A stretch of 64,000 bases of DNA from Podarcis bocagei (taxonomy: Eukaryota). Under the pieces are notes generated by a model that saw nothing but the letters and a program-made list of their open reading frames with translations, was not told where the DNA came from and did no database searches. Each line of letters begins with the position of its first letter. Position 1 is the stretch's first letter. This document shows, piece by piece, positions 1-13,070 of this stretch. The stretch lies in the NCBI GenBank assembly GCA_964188305.1, contig OZ076893.1. One strand, 5' to 3'. A program made the translations under genes and the position numbers.

Positions 1-2876
1 AAAGAGATACCATGAACTGCCTACCAAAAAAAAAAAAAAAAAAAAAAAGGAAAAAACGTGGGGGGGGGGAGAGCTTCTTCAATGCAGAAGTTTGCAAAAC
101 CTGGTCATTAATTCATCCTTAGATGCTATTATTTTTAAAGCATAAAAACCCAAGAAAGGCAAATAAAATGGAAGATGGAACCCATCTGCATTTCAGTGGC
201 ATCATTCCAATGCAGAACACTATCTCCTTATCTTTACCCCACCCCCAAGTCACTGAACAGAGGCTTTTGGGGGGTGGGGTGGGAGAGATTAGAGGAATTT
301 ATTTGCTATCTGTCAGCACTTTGCATATCAATACAAAAATTAATAAACTAATTTCAGGCATATATGACACAGTCAATGCAGAAGGCCCATTGTTAAGAGA
401 GGAATAGTATATTCTTATCAGTGCCTTTAAACAGCTATTCATCATTTCTAAAGGGCAATTATTTGGAATCCATTAAACCCGAATTCATAATACCACTGTG
501 TGCTGAATTTTAAATAGAAATCTGTATTTAGATGAAGGAATACATTAGTATAAGTCATTAGAGCACAGAAAAATCCATGACTTGTTCATTTTTCACTCTC
601 TCTTCTCCCCCCTCTTCCCCGATGATACAAATCACTGAGGATATGAGCATTTCAATAAGGGGAGGGTTGCGAAAATTTTACACACACACACACACCCCAT
701 AGCAAAAGTGACATGCTATTCCTTGTGGATGCGGTTATAGATAATGATGTGTTTCTCTCTTTTTTTTAATCACTATGTTGCAGTTATTACAAATTACTGC
801 TAGAAATGAACTTTCCATGGCAAACAGCTTAGCAATCAGGGATGGAATAATGATTGACTGATAGATAAGTACATCTGTATTCAAATGCCAAGAAATTGAA
901 AAAAATAAATCTGGTTATCAGGAATGTTTTCTTAAGGGAACACTAGAAAACAGACAATGATAAATATGTACAGCATATATATTTCCTATTTAGAATTCTT
1001 CTGTGCTATTCGTTGTCATGATTCAGATTGATTTCTTCGAAGGGATTTGTGATCAGCAAGCAAAACTAATAAATAATAAGTAATGATAACAATACAGAGA
1101 TGCATGGCCCAAAAAGATAAGGAGGAAAGATGGCAGAGCAATCAGTTCATTTCAGTAGTCCTCTGTAGGGATACCCAGAAACAAGTTACACTACAGAACA
1201 AATAATTGCCCTTGCATGGTGCATAACTAAAGTATTCGTTTTCTATGTTGTATATGTCATAGTGGCAATATTTCAGCCTAAAACAAACTTTTGAATAGAA
1301 AACTAACAGATCGTTTTATGTTCATATCTAAACTTATCAGAGCCACAACCTGCTCATCAACCCTGTGGTTATGCTCCTCGTGATAAAAAGATGAAACGAA
1401 ATTTCAGAATCTGTTGAAATTCATTTGAATTTTTCAAAATGTTGGAATCTGAACTCCAAAACTGAAATCTGAGAAATAAAAATTAAAGCTAAAAGTGTTT
1501 TGATTAGTTTAAATACATTGGTTTTACCTAGAGGACTGTTTTCCTGTGTATCAACCCTAAGAACTACTTCTGAGGCTCTGTTGAGATGCCTGCCTTTGTA
1601 AACATATTAGGTCGTCAAGGACACGAATCAAGGTATTTGCGAGGAGTGGCCAGATCCTATTATGAAATATAATTCCAAGCTTGATAAGGCAAGCCCTGCC
1701 CCTTGGTCATTTTAAACTGGCCTATAAATGCTAAAAAAACCCTAGTGTTGTTTAACCTATCTGGGCCATTTTCCTTTTATTGCAAGGTTTGTGTCGGTGC
1801 ACGTCACGTGGAAATGGGTAGTAAATTTTTAGGGTGATATTCATCCAAGTTATATGCTGTAATGCCATTGGGAGAGAAAAATGGATTTACTGGTAAGTTA
1901 GTTGAGACCATTTATTTCAGTTTGTCTACTCTGAATATTGCTAACATTGGACATCACCCTTCATTTTGTTGTTGTTGGGATTTGTGATTTGTATTGCATA
2001 TAGTTGTAAACCACTTTGAGAGGAATCGATGCCTAAAAACCAGTCAAGGCATATATATTTTTCAAAAAAAAATAAATAAAAATAAATAAATAACATACAA
2101 TAATGAATGGATTCAAGTCATCTATCATATCCTGCCAAATATTGATTGGTATTCCACTCCAGCTGTCACAAATGATAAAATGTTGATTAGTACATATCAG
2201 AGTCTGTCAAATGTCGACTGCTATATCGTGCCAACTGTCAGATACTGTAAAAATGTTCAACTCTATTGCAAAAACTTCAGAGGTCAAATGCTGTCGCTGA
2301 ATATTAAATATCCACTAAATGCTCAGACAAGCAGAGCTTTTGCAGAGAAAGGCTACCACTTTGCTGAAGCAAAATGGGCTGAGTCTGCACCCGGTCACAT
2401 CCTGGATGGGAGAGTCGCTGGGGACCTTGAACTACCTAGATTTCCAGGATGGAATAAAGGCAGGATACAGATGCCTGTAGAAAAACTCACAACTGCAGTT
2501 TGCTTAGGAGCATTTCATGGAGATTTCTGAGGCTAGATTTGCTTCATCACTAATTATTATTCTTAACGCTTGACCCAAGTGAAGCCGTTTATAAGTACAA
2601 AACTGCTGCTGCGAAAAAGGGAGTCCTGTCAACCTACAATTCATGTACTCTGTTATTCATCACAATATTGCACCTGTTGTTCACCTTTGTCCATTTCATC
2701 AATTGCCAGAACCAGTGAAATATTGCACTATATAATGGGAAGGGATCTTGTGCTTTTTGATCCTCAGCCTCTTCCTTATCTGGCCCCCACTGGAATTTCA
2801 CTTGAAAAGTTAACAACAGTTCTTATTTGAATGGCTATTTATTTCCTGTGCCTGATGACACGTATGGGACAGATTT

Positions 2877-3128
2877 AGAAGAGTTTGGAGTTTGGATTTG
2901 ATATCCCGCCTTTCACTCCCTTTTAAGGAGTCTCAAAGCGGCTAACATTCTCCTTTCCCTTCCTCCCCCACAACAAACACTCTGTGAGGTGAGTGGGGCT
3001 GAGAGACTTCAAAGAAGTGTGACTGGCCCAAGGTCACCCAGCAGCTGCATGTGGAGGAGCGGAGACGTGAACCTGGTTCCCCAGATTACGAGACTACCGC
3101 TCTTAACCACTACACCACACTGGCTCTC
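2877..3128 (-). mobile_element. tRNA-derived SINE (Squam2/Anolis SINE2-like), full length
   Basis: The minus strand starts GAGAGCCAGTGTGGTGTAGTGGTTAAGAGC (A box) with a B-box-like GGTTCACGTCTCC, followed by the body and a CCAAACT/CTT tail. Related copies are at 24168 and 32390. Confidence 0.85.
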
Positions 3129-3487
3129 TTTATTCCTTTTGGCCTCCTGAACTGGGAAGGCAGGTCAGTGTGGAGGCCTAGTTTGCAAAGCCAGATGGGA
3201 TAATGTTTACAGGTAAAAAAAAAAAAAAGGAATATGAGGCCTTTTGTGGTACCAGAACCCATGCTGCAAAGCAGGTTGGAAGTTACAGAACCTCAGAGTT
3301 GCTCCAGCAAAAGTCAAGACCAAATTGATCTTTTTAAAGCTTCACCTCCTAGACTACTTCTCCCAGGCTCCACCTTCTTGAGGAGAATTTAAAGGGCTAA
3401 TCCTCCAGCCTAAAGATGGACACTCCTCTTACATTCAATGAACTCTTGTCGGGACTACTGCCTGTCCTGCTGGTATATGGCAGGAGG

Positions 3488-3625
3488 CATAGGTGCCAAC
3501 TCCCTGGGGCCCTGGGTGCCTGAGCACCCATGAAGGGTCCAGGCACCCACAAATTTTGGTGCCAGGGTCATGCACGCTGCATGGCACCCATGGCCACGGG
3601 CAGCCACAGTCGTGGGGCCAAGATG
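3488..3625. mobile_element. Degenerate GC-rich non-autonomous DNA transposon fragment (hAT-like)
   Basis: Starts CATAGGTGCCAACTCC, similar to the terminus at 40917, and has repeated GGCACCC/GGGTGCC motifs. The other end is not resolved. Confidence 0.35.
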
Positions 3626-3719
3626 TATTCCTGGCAGGAGGCATTTAATCCCACAGGAGAAGCTGCTCATGAGCGTCCTAGTTTGGGCTCTACAGTCACT
3701 GGTAGTATGGGAGGTTATT

Positions 3720-4029
3720 CTGTAGACTCCTGTCAGCCTTGTACTTAATTAAATTAAGAGGAAATGGGATCTACAGACAGGTGCTTTGTCCATATTTGCA
3801 TTTTAGGCATTTGACACGCCATCAGTTGCCCCACGCCACTGCCATTGGCTCTTAAACTATGAGTTATGATCTACAGCTTGGGAGTTTAGACAGCCAATCA
3901 CGTTGAGAGTGAGAGTGGCCCAGGCCTTCAGAAATGTATATAAGCAGTTGCTTTGCCTTTGTGTCCAGTTCAATAAAGGTTCTTGTTGTTATCACTGTGT
4001 CTTGCTTTGTGGGAACCCACCTAACTTCA
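3720..4029 (+). mobile_element. Possible solo LTR (5' boundary uncertain)
   Basis: Ordered CCAAT (3894), TATATAA (3937), AATAAA (3972), a GT-rich tract and a CA end. No convincing TSD was found. Confidence 0.4.
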
Positions 4030-6037
4030 CTAAATCTTCAGGATTCACTGATCTCACTGGGCACAGGCCTGGCTGAGTGCACTGCATGTGCTTGCTATTT
4101 TCCCTATTACTAGAACAAGCAGGGATGCTCACATCACATCAGCTGCATTTTGGATTGTGGGAAAGTGTAAGGTCTTTTATGAGAAACTTTTCCAGCTTGG
4201 TTTCCCATCAGCTCGACTTGCTGATTTGTGATAGGTATCGATGCCTCACCTCCCACCCACCCAAACAAATGGTGAAAATGGCTGTGGATTTATATCCTCC
4301 CTCCCGCACCAACCCACAAAACTAAAACGAGACTTATAAGCAATCTTAATTTGTGCCTGCGGCATCTGTTTTCAATGCGAGGACTTAACCTTGGAATGTA
4401 TGAAGTAAGAATAGATGAAAGTTTGGGCAGGATTTCCCACACCATTGGATAGGTCAAGAGACTCCTCACACATTGGAGCTTCCAGATCAGAGGCTTTGCT
4501 TCCCAGACAGGCTATAGAATCCTGACCTTTCTTTTGCTAGAAATTAAGCATGGCCACTGCTTAGAAAGATGATGCAAACACTTTGTACTGCTTGTATGTC
4601 ATACTAGCCAGTCTGCTCAAATGGTGCAAACTAGAGTTGCTGACCAATCAGGAGTGGGGTGGCAGTAGGGGTGAATCTAGGCATTTGTTTTGTTTCAGGC
4701 TACTTACCTGAAAAGCAGGAATAGGATCATTTGCAAACACACACCAACCTTCAGCTAGATCTTTCCCCTCCAACCACAGACCTCAGATGAAGACACAAAG
4801 TCCCCTCTGAGCTCCACCTGAAACACACTCCAAATTGCTGGGTTCAGACCCTTGGTTTCCTTCTCTAACTCTGGCCTCCACTCCCAGGACCTATCCAGAT
4901 GTTTCACTATTTTTTCCACTCTTTTTTGGGGAGGACATCATGGCCACATCACTGGTTTCCCTGTGATTCTTTCATCTCTGTTGAAAGCTCACAACATGTA
5001 ATTTTGTCATGGTTGCTGAAAGAGCAGTACAAATGGTACAACCTCCACAGGGATGGCTCAACTTATTGTTACTCTTTTATAAAAAGGCGCACTTTGGGTA
5101 TGTGCAATGATGTTTTGGGAAGCTGAGACTTTAAATTTTGGCACCGCTCCTACTTCCCTTTTGGTGGCATTTTAAATCAATTTCTTAATTTGTGCTCAGT
5201 TTTTCATTTGCATTTTTAAACACACACACTACCCCAGAAGGGGCAATTCTGCGTGAAGCTTACAGAGGAAGAGGACTGGTGTGACAGTTTTTAGTCAAGT
5301 GCTTCAGGTAGCACACTTTTTCATTTCAAGTTGGCTACCCTGCTGTATTCTAAGGATGCAGTGCCATAGTCAGCTTCTACCTAAGCAAAGATTTGGACCA
5401 GAGATCGTCTGTATTTTGGGTAATTGATTTGAGAAATAAGAGAAACAGAGAAGTTTATTTCTTCTCGTCTTGTAGATGATGTGAATACGGAGCATTGCAC
5501 AATGAGTAGCTACAATGTCATGAACATCAGTCTGCCAGAAAATGAAAGAAAGATAAAAGCCCGCATTACTAGCTAATATATGAATTTCAGCATGGAGCAT
5601 GCATATTGCAGATAGTCATGGTTAATTGTTACACTGAATTAATATCATTGTCTTCGAGGATAACATCATCTGTTGCTCCTCTGCTATTGATGGGATGGTC
5701 ATTAGGGTTGAACAATGGCATGATTAGCCTGAGGCTTCTTTAAGATAAGAAGCATGGTTAGATTCTTCAGTGGGGCCTGTTGCAGGGCCAGAATTTTGAA
5801 GGGAAATTTCCTTTGCCTCATAACTCATAGTGGGATGTACAAAGGGAAGAACTACAGTGCCCACCAGTAGCATGGAAAGTCACTGCAAATTCTACATATA
5901 GCTTTCGCCAAAAGAGCACTAAGAGTGACTCACACTGGAAGCCTCCTAAGGGACAAGTTAGTTGTGACATTAAGATGCCATCACAGTAACATTGTACAAA
6001 ATCAAACCAATCTATCTCACTATTACCTACAGTAATT

Positions 6038-6150
6038 GGCAGCAGCTCTCCAGGGTCTCCGATAGGTGTATTTGCCAGCCCTGGCTGAAGATGCCAGGGA
6101 TTGAACTGTTTGCATGCAAGTTTTCAGCAGTACCGCTGCACCTCCCCTTA
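6038..6150 (-). mobile_element. Old tRNA-SINE fragment (Squam3-like)
   Basis: GATGCCAGGGATTGAAC...TGCATGCAAG matches the reverse-complemented head also seen at 58562-58641. Confidence 0.5.
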
Positions 6151-6430
6151 AATCCCCTTTAGCAAAAGCCAGCAGCCATGGGACAGGTGGCCCATTCAGG
6201 ATTAGGGACTAATATCCCATTGTCTAGCCCTGATGAAAATTGCTCCCAGAGCTACTATTTGCCATGGAAGGGAAGCTCCTAGAGGGCTGGCTGGGGCCAT
6301 CAAGTATTTGTTGACACCAAAGTTATTCCATTAAAACCATATTTTGCTTTTAGCACATCTCTGTGTTTCCCTGGGTCTCTGAAATGTCATTCCAAGAAAA
6401 CCACCTTTTAAAAAATTGACTAGCTAGGGT

Positions 6431-6571
6431 CAGGGATGAGGATACTGCAGTCCTGTAGGTGCTGTTGAACTACAGTTCCCATCATCCCTGGTGATTGTCC
6501 ATACTGACTCTGGATCTGGTGGAATTTGGGAGTCCAACAATGTCTGGAAGGCCATAGGTTTTCCACCTCTG
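6431..6571. mobile_element. Palindromic hAT-type MITE, degenerate
   Basis: Same family as 56593-56738, with an ACTACAGTTCCCATCATCCCTG...GGGAGTCCAACAA..CTGGAAGGCCA core. Further partial copies lie near 11095, 13760, 21815, 26990, 38560 and 41340. Confidence 0.6.
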
Positions 6572-9034
6572 GGTTAAATGGTATGAGCTGTGGTCCTGAT
6601 GATAGGACAGTCTACAAAGAAACCTTTTATCTTCACTGCACACAGAAGAGTAGGTAAGAAAAGCTTTTATTAATGAAAATGATGAAATAATGCTTAATTA
6701 TAAATAACTGAAAATCACAATAAACTGTGACATATGTACATATTATTGTGCACAATGTAGATAATGCAGTATTACATATTGTGTTATTGTACATATGATA
6801 TACAGATATTGTACATATTAATTCCCCTGCCAAAGTTATGTTTTGTGTTTGCTGCTATATGGTCTATGATGAGGATCTTTGAAGCAATGATAATAGATTG
6901 TACAAAGACAGGTAGATTGCTAGGAAAGCTGGATTGCATAGGAAGGCTGTTATCCCAATCTTGTAGGCTGTCAGGCACTGAATTAGGCAGTCGGATGTCG
7001 CCTTGCAGGATCAGACTTTCTACCAAAGGGAAGAAATGTAGGCTCAAGATCACTGAATCTTGGTTAGCACAGAACAAGGTCTGCTCCTGACGCAATCTTT
7101 CTTTCTTAGCTGCACAGCTTTTTATTGCACTGCTGTGAGGTTTAATAGTAATACATCCTCCCCCTATGTCTTGCCAGAAACAGTAGCCCTTGCTTGTTAT
7201 ATTTTACAAATGATTTGGTGTAATGGTAATAAGATCCACAGAGCTGACTTGCGTGAGTCAAAAATGGTATCCTGCTTTGAGAATAAATGCCTTATTGTAC
7301 AGCAGGAGACTAAAATGTGGCCACAAAGTTCAATTTCATTGATAATAATTCTCAAATTGCTGTGAATGAGATGGAAGTTTAGTTCCAGAGGCTTGAACCT
7401 CTTGTATCTTTTGACAAAGGTTGCCAAGCACCATAAGAATCCTGTGGCTATTGATACCTCAGCACTTCAATATGGGAGCGGCTGGGGGGAGGGGATGGTG
7501 CAGGCTGAGGCAGCAGTGAGCTTAGGCGGACATGGGCACAACAGCAGAGCAAATCCAGTGCTTCTGTTGATTCTGTCAACATGCAGAGAGCTGGGAAGCC
7601 AGCTGGCAAGCCCCAGCTATGCCGTCTCCATCCATTGACCCGTGCTCCAATGTAAATCAGTGACCCATACTTCAAAAGCCAGGGCACACTATCAGCAGAT
7701 AGTACTGTGCACACAGAATAGGTGTGAGGCTTGTGAAGTCATACTACAACTACAGATTTATTAATCATAAATCAGGACAAAGAAACATGTTGTCTCTCTC
7801 TCGTGTCATCTCAGAGAGAAACAGGAAAAGCAAAAGCTATACAGAAATGGAAGTTCCCAGCATACTGTGCTGGAATGTAAACAGACATGTGACACATAAC
7901 AATCCCATGTCTGTTCCATAAGGTGGAACAGAATTCTCAACAGATTCACCTGAGCAGCCTTGATCTTGCTCCACCCCATCCCAGTAAGTGGCAGTGATCT
8001 CATGGCCTCATGGCCATCTCCACAATGGCACCCCTGCCAGCGCCTCTTGCTTCAGCCTACCATGCTTGGTATCCTCAAAAGCAAACTCTTGAAATCCACT
8101 TTCTGTTGCAATAGCCATTGTTTCTCAAAAGTTGCTTTGAAAGTATTGATATATATCCACACCCAATGAAGAAAGGGGCACTGTCAAGCTGCTCCTAGAT
8201 GTCAAACATACTCAAGTCTGCTGCATTCATTCATTCTACTAAGTTGTCAGCAACATCAAACGAATGACAAAGAAATACTTGTGGTCCCCATATAGAGTAT
8301 GTCTAGACTGGCCCTAGGTTCGCATTCCACTTCCATTCAGTTATATCACTCATTATTCATTTTCACCCCCTACCTGGGTTCCAGATTTGTCCACTTGAGC
8401 CTGTGCATCCATGAAAGGATGGAAAGATTGACACTTCATGGACAGGTGCATATTATATCACATGTGTCAGAGGCAGTCATCCACACCAGTGCCACTCATA
8501 CAGGATTTCTGCTTCACTGATGGCATCAAGCTGTCCTACAGCATGAATTATAAGACATGCTGTCACACTCTTATGGTAACAGCCATCTGAAACATGCAGC
8601 CCCTTCCTCTTGCTTCCTCCTCCATCAAGAGCTGCAGGCTATCCCATATGCCCACTTAGCAATAATGACTTGCAGCTGGATCCAGAGGTCTGCTGTTTCT
8701 TTGGATCATGTGGATTTGTCCATGCCGACCTTGAGTGGAAAGGGAGGGATATGGGTCTCATGCTTGCTCATCAAGGAAGAGAAAGCTCCGGAGGATCTAC
8801 TGCTGGAGATCAGCTACTGCTTTGCTTCCTCAGTAAGTGTGAAGTGTGCTGGTTCAACCTCCCTTAAGCACTAAGGACTTGAGAGGCTGCATGGATGCAG
8901 TAGGGGAAACAAGCTATGGTTACGCACAGCTGATATTTTTGAAGATCAGCAGTGCTAATCACTGCGCTAATATTACAATAGTTGCAGGACATAAAGTGCA
9001 GTTCAGGCAAACCAAGCCATCAAACACTATATTA

Positions 9035-9430
9035 AGAGCATATGACCATAAGAAGAGCCCAGCTGGGTCAGATGTAAGGCTTATCTAGTCCTGCATCCTA
9101 TTTCCCACAGATGCTACCAGATACCGGGAACCAGAGGAGAGGAAAGTGCTTTTGTGCTTGGGTCCTGCATGCACGTTTCCCACAGGCATCTGGGTGGCCA
9201 TTGTAAGGATAGGATGCTGGAGTAGATGGGCCATTGGCCTGATCCAGTAGGCTCTCTTTATGTTCTTATGCACATGAGAAGCGTAGAGCAGTGAATGAAT
9301 GCAATAGCCCTCTTCTACTGTTCCCCACCAACTGCTATTCAGAGCTTTGGTGCTTCTGATGCTGGATGCAGCACAAAACTATTTTTAGTGGCAATTGATA
9401 GCTTTATCCTCCATGAATTTATCTACTATG
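9035..9430. mobile_element. CR1-type LINE 3' ends: a plus-strand copy (~9125-9270) nested in a minus-strand copy
   Basis: GGATGCTGGAGTAGATGGGCCATTGGCCTGATCCAG...TGTTCTTATG tail on the plus strand. A diverged reverse-complement version is at 9047-9113 and continues after 9270. Confidence 0.65.
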
Positions 9431-9853
9431 AATCCTGTCCAAATTAATTAACCTTATGTTAATGCAATTAGGATATAGTTCACTTTACTTGGTCGGATGC
9501 TAAGAGAAGCCATCATTACCCAGCCCTCTCAGTTTAAGGAACATAAGGGACTTCTTCATCCATTCAGTCCCATCTAATTATGTTTAGTCGGTGCTTTCAT
9601 GAACATAATTGGCCATTATTTGATAGAACAGCTTAAGTAATTCTAATTATTTGAGCAAAATCCTTAGACAGAAGTTTTGAATAGTAAGATAAACAGTTAC
9701 ATCTCTGGGGATGGCAAGGCAGCCACAGGCCATCTTGGAATTTCACACGCAACTGCCATAGTCTTAGAATTGCACTCATCCAGTTTCAAGTCGTACTCAC
9801 TTCTTTGGTGCAGAAACAATAGCATCTAATTACTGGTTTACCATTTCTGTTTC

Positions 9854-9891
9854 TCATTTCTTGCAGAACCAGTCATTTCTTGCAGAACCAG
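9854..9891. repeat. Perfect 19-bp tandem duplication
   Basis: TCATTTCTTGCAGAACCAG x2. Confidence 0.9.
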
Positions 9892-10076
9892 TGATCCTTC
9901 CATACCTAGATTTAATTCATGCTGATTCTTGCCAGTTGTGAATATGAATCTTAAGATCATGCCTATTCTTCTTGTAAGAAATAATAATGCAACTTGCTTA
10001 TCTACATGAACAGTAGAAGGTCATTCCTTGGACAAACGATTTGGAATTTGCTGGCATTCTTCTGGATCATTTAATA

Positions 10077-10330
10077 CATGGGTTGGCAAACTAAGACCCA
10101 GGGGCCAGATCCGGCCCAATCACCTTCTCAATCCAGCCCACGGACGGTGTGGGAATCAGCATGTTTTTACATGAGTAGAATGTGTCCTTTTATTTAAAAT
10201 GCATCTCTGGGTTATTTGTGGGGCATAGGAATTCGTTCATTTTTTTTCCGTTTCAAAATATAATCCGGCCCTCCACAAGGTCTGAGGGACAGTGGACCGG
10301 CCCCCTGTTGAAAAAGTTTGCTGACCCCTG
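10077..10330. mobile_element. Non-autonomous hAT transposon (MITE)
   Basis: Imperfect TIRs CATGGGTTGGCAAACT / AGTTTGCTGACCCCTG and a perfect 8-bp TSD ATTTAATA (10069-76, 10331-38). Same family as 29255-29578 in the opposite orientation. Confidence 0.9.
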
Positions 10331-11358
10331 ATTTAATAGGATATATATATATATATATGATTTAAGCTGGTTAGGTTTGTCAAATGGCACAATCAAAGTC
10401 TGACTCAGCATGGAGAGGGTCTGTACTAATATAAAGTAAGAATATTACTTAGGTATATTGATTTCAATCAATCTACTTTGTATGACAAATGTGGGATATC
10501 ACCCATTGCACTTTTTCTATAGATTTCAGTTTAGCTATTTGATAACAATAAAATGTCCTGGATCATTTTTTTTTCCCCTTTAAGAAAGAGGACAAACTAT
10601 TCTCTTGGTCTCTGCTTCTCTTTCTCTCTTTCTGTATGTACACACACATAATCACGAGTTGGACACCATGCCACGAGCTTAAATTAAACCATATGTTTCT
10701 TTTATGAAAATAATATGAGAATAAATGAGATTCTTAGCTGGCACTCCTGATTTCTAACATGTGTTTTTCTTTGGGGAGAAATCCTCAAGATAATGTATAT
10801 GCCCTCCAGGCAACTCCTTAAAACACCTGCAATACTGGGTTGTAAAAAAAAAAATAGCCTCCTCATAAAGGCCCTTTGTTTAGTAAACAAGAATTCAATA
10901 TTTGGAATGAGAACTTGATTTTCCTGTCTTGGCATTTGTTAAAAATGAACTACAATATAACCCATCAAAGAAACTATGTGCAAGTATTGTGTAGCAATCG
11001 GTATTTACAGACTCGAGCTGACATTATTTCCACAAATACAGACTTGGATCATATATAGTCCAAGTTAGCATACTTGGTTGTCACAAAAGTCACACCAGCC
11101 TTTTCTGGCTAGGGATCATGAGCGTTGTAGTCCAAAACATCTGGAGGGCAAACCAGGTTGGCAAAGGCAATGCGGACTTTCATTTAAATAGCAATAACTG
11201 GACCCAAACCATTGAAGCAGGCAAAAACGTGAAACTGCAGGACAGTTTCATATCACAGCCTTTGTGCAGAGTTATGAGTCGCTGTACAGTCAGTCACCAC
11301 AACTCCGAGGTCATGTGGATTAGCTACTTGCATTGAAATGAATGGGCTCTTGTAAGTA

Positions 11359-11681
11359 CAGTGGTACCTCGCAAGACGAAAAACGCGCAAGACGAAAAAC
11401 GCGCAAGACGAAAGAGTTTTCCGTTTTTTGAGTCGTTCCGCAAGACAAATTTCCCTATGGGCTTGCTTCGCAAGACGAAACGTCTTGCGAGTTCTTGCGA
11501 GTTTGTTTCCTTTTTCTTAAAGCCGCTAAGCCGTTAATAGCCGTTAATAGCCGCTAAGCCGCTAAGCCGCTAATAGCCGCTAAGCCGCTAAGCCGCTAAT
11601 AGCTGTGCTTCGCAAGACGAAAAAACCGCAAGACGAAGAGACTCGCGGAACGGATTAATTTCGTCTTGCGAGGCACCACTG
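11359..11681. mobile_element. Tc1/mariner (pogo/Tigger-like) MITE, CpG-rich and probably young
   Basis: 22-bp TIRs CAGTGGT(A/G)CCTCGCAAGACGAA, TA TSD, about 9-10 copies of the CGCAAGACGAA motif, and an internal AGCCGCTA(AT) minisatellite. Confidence 0.9.
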
Positions 11682-11771
11682 TAGTGGGGTTATATATGTG
11701 TGTTAGATCCAGCATTCTAATCTGGGGTCAGTGGTTTTCTCCCCAAAGGCATAAAATTGATCTTTGAAGTA

Positions 11772-12013
11772 CAGTAGTACCTCAGGTTACATACACTTCA
11801 GGTTACATACGCTTCAGGTTACAGACTCTGCTAACCCAGAAATAGTTCTTCAGGTTAAGAACTTTGCTTCAGGATGAGAACAGAAATCGGGCTCCGACGG
11901 CACAGCAGCAACAGGAGGCCCCATTAGCTAAAGTGGTGCTTCAGGTTAAGAACAGTTTCAGGTTAAGTACGGACCTCTGGAATGAATTAAGTACTTAACC
12001 CGAGGTACCACTG
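11772..12013. mobile_element. Tc1/mariner (Tigger-like) MITE, family 2
   Basis: TA|CAGTAGTACCTCAGGTTA ... TAACCCGAGGTACCACTG|TA. Confidence 0.9.
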
Positions 12014-13070
12014 TAGTATGTCAGTAGTTGCACCAATGCCGAGTGATCCATAGTTACCCAAAAGATTTCCATTTGTAACCTGTTTTTCTCTATATATATC
12101 TGGAAACTCGTTATCTTTCCATTCTGCTTGTTGAGATAGCAAACATGCTTGTTTAACATAATGGACAGCTGCTCTTATTTACTGCCTCCATACCAAATTA
12201 TAACTTCAAACAACACAGAGTTCTGTACACTTTTCTCCTTCTTGAAAACCATCCAGCTCTACCTCCAGCTAATTTGTAGGTGCTGGCCTACTGAGATTGT
12301 TGCACCCTTGGTAAATTGTTGCTAGACTTAAATAACAAAAGGGTATGGTGGGTTCCCTCTCCCCTACCCCCACCCCTGCCAAATATTTGCCAACTGATCC
12401 TTTGATGTATTTCACTGACCCCATTATAAGGTAAAATGTCATCATCCCACCTGACATGACTTTCCAGGACCATAACAGAATACGGCTGACTCATCGTCTG
12501 GGAATTTAGAATAGACCCTGCCTTTGTAAGGGAACTTTCAGAACTCGAAAAACTGGTTACTTGGAACAAACATAGATCAGATGTTTGACACCTTTCCTCC
12601 CTCTCTCCCCCACCGTCAATAGTTAATAGCACAACCACTTTGAGGTCGAAGGTAAAGTACATTTGCACAGGCTTGGAAATGAGAATCAAGAGACCTCCTG
12701 CTCTCATGGTTATAAAAGCGAGTTCATTTGAACTGTGCAACCCCTTTAGGGATTGACCATTACCGTAGGGCTAAATGGAGCTTGAGTTAAGATTTGTGGA
12801 GGGTGGAGGCAGCTCTCCCATCCCAACCGCAACTGTATAAAATGCTCTGCTTCACAGGAGAGAAGCTGATGAAGGAGGTATGAGACATAGAGTTCCTTTG
12901 TCCATGACGGAGGAAAGTAGATGTCACGCTACCTGTCTATGCTAGAGGAAGCTCAGAGAGGGGCAGTTTTTTGCCATTATGGCGCCCTCTGGCTTTTTTT
13001 GGAGGGGCGCATTTTGAAGCACATAATAGTCTACCTAGGCTTGCAGGATCAAATAACAGGTATTTGTGTG

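Noticed and set aside
2634-2816. FQWGPDKEEA resembles the Gypsy RT-RNase H linker
   Set aside because: A single short motif with no supporting pol motifs nearby.
11370-11640. Repeated 11-mer with spacers, superficially CRISPR-like
   Set aside because: Irregular spacing, enclosed by TIRs with a TA TSD, and eukaryotic context; it is a MITE.
12288-12740. 150-aa minus-strand ORF with a possible exon at about 12452-12560
   Set aside because: No recognisable domain in any frame, and only mediocre splice signals.
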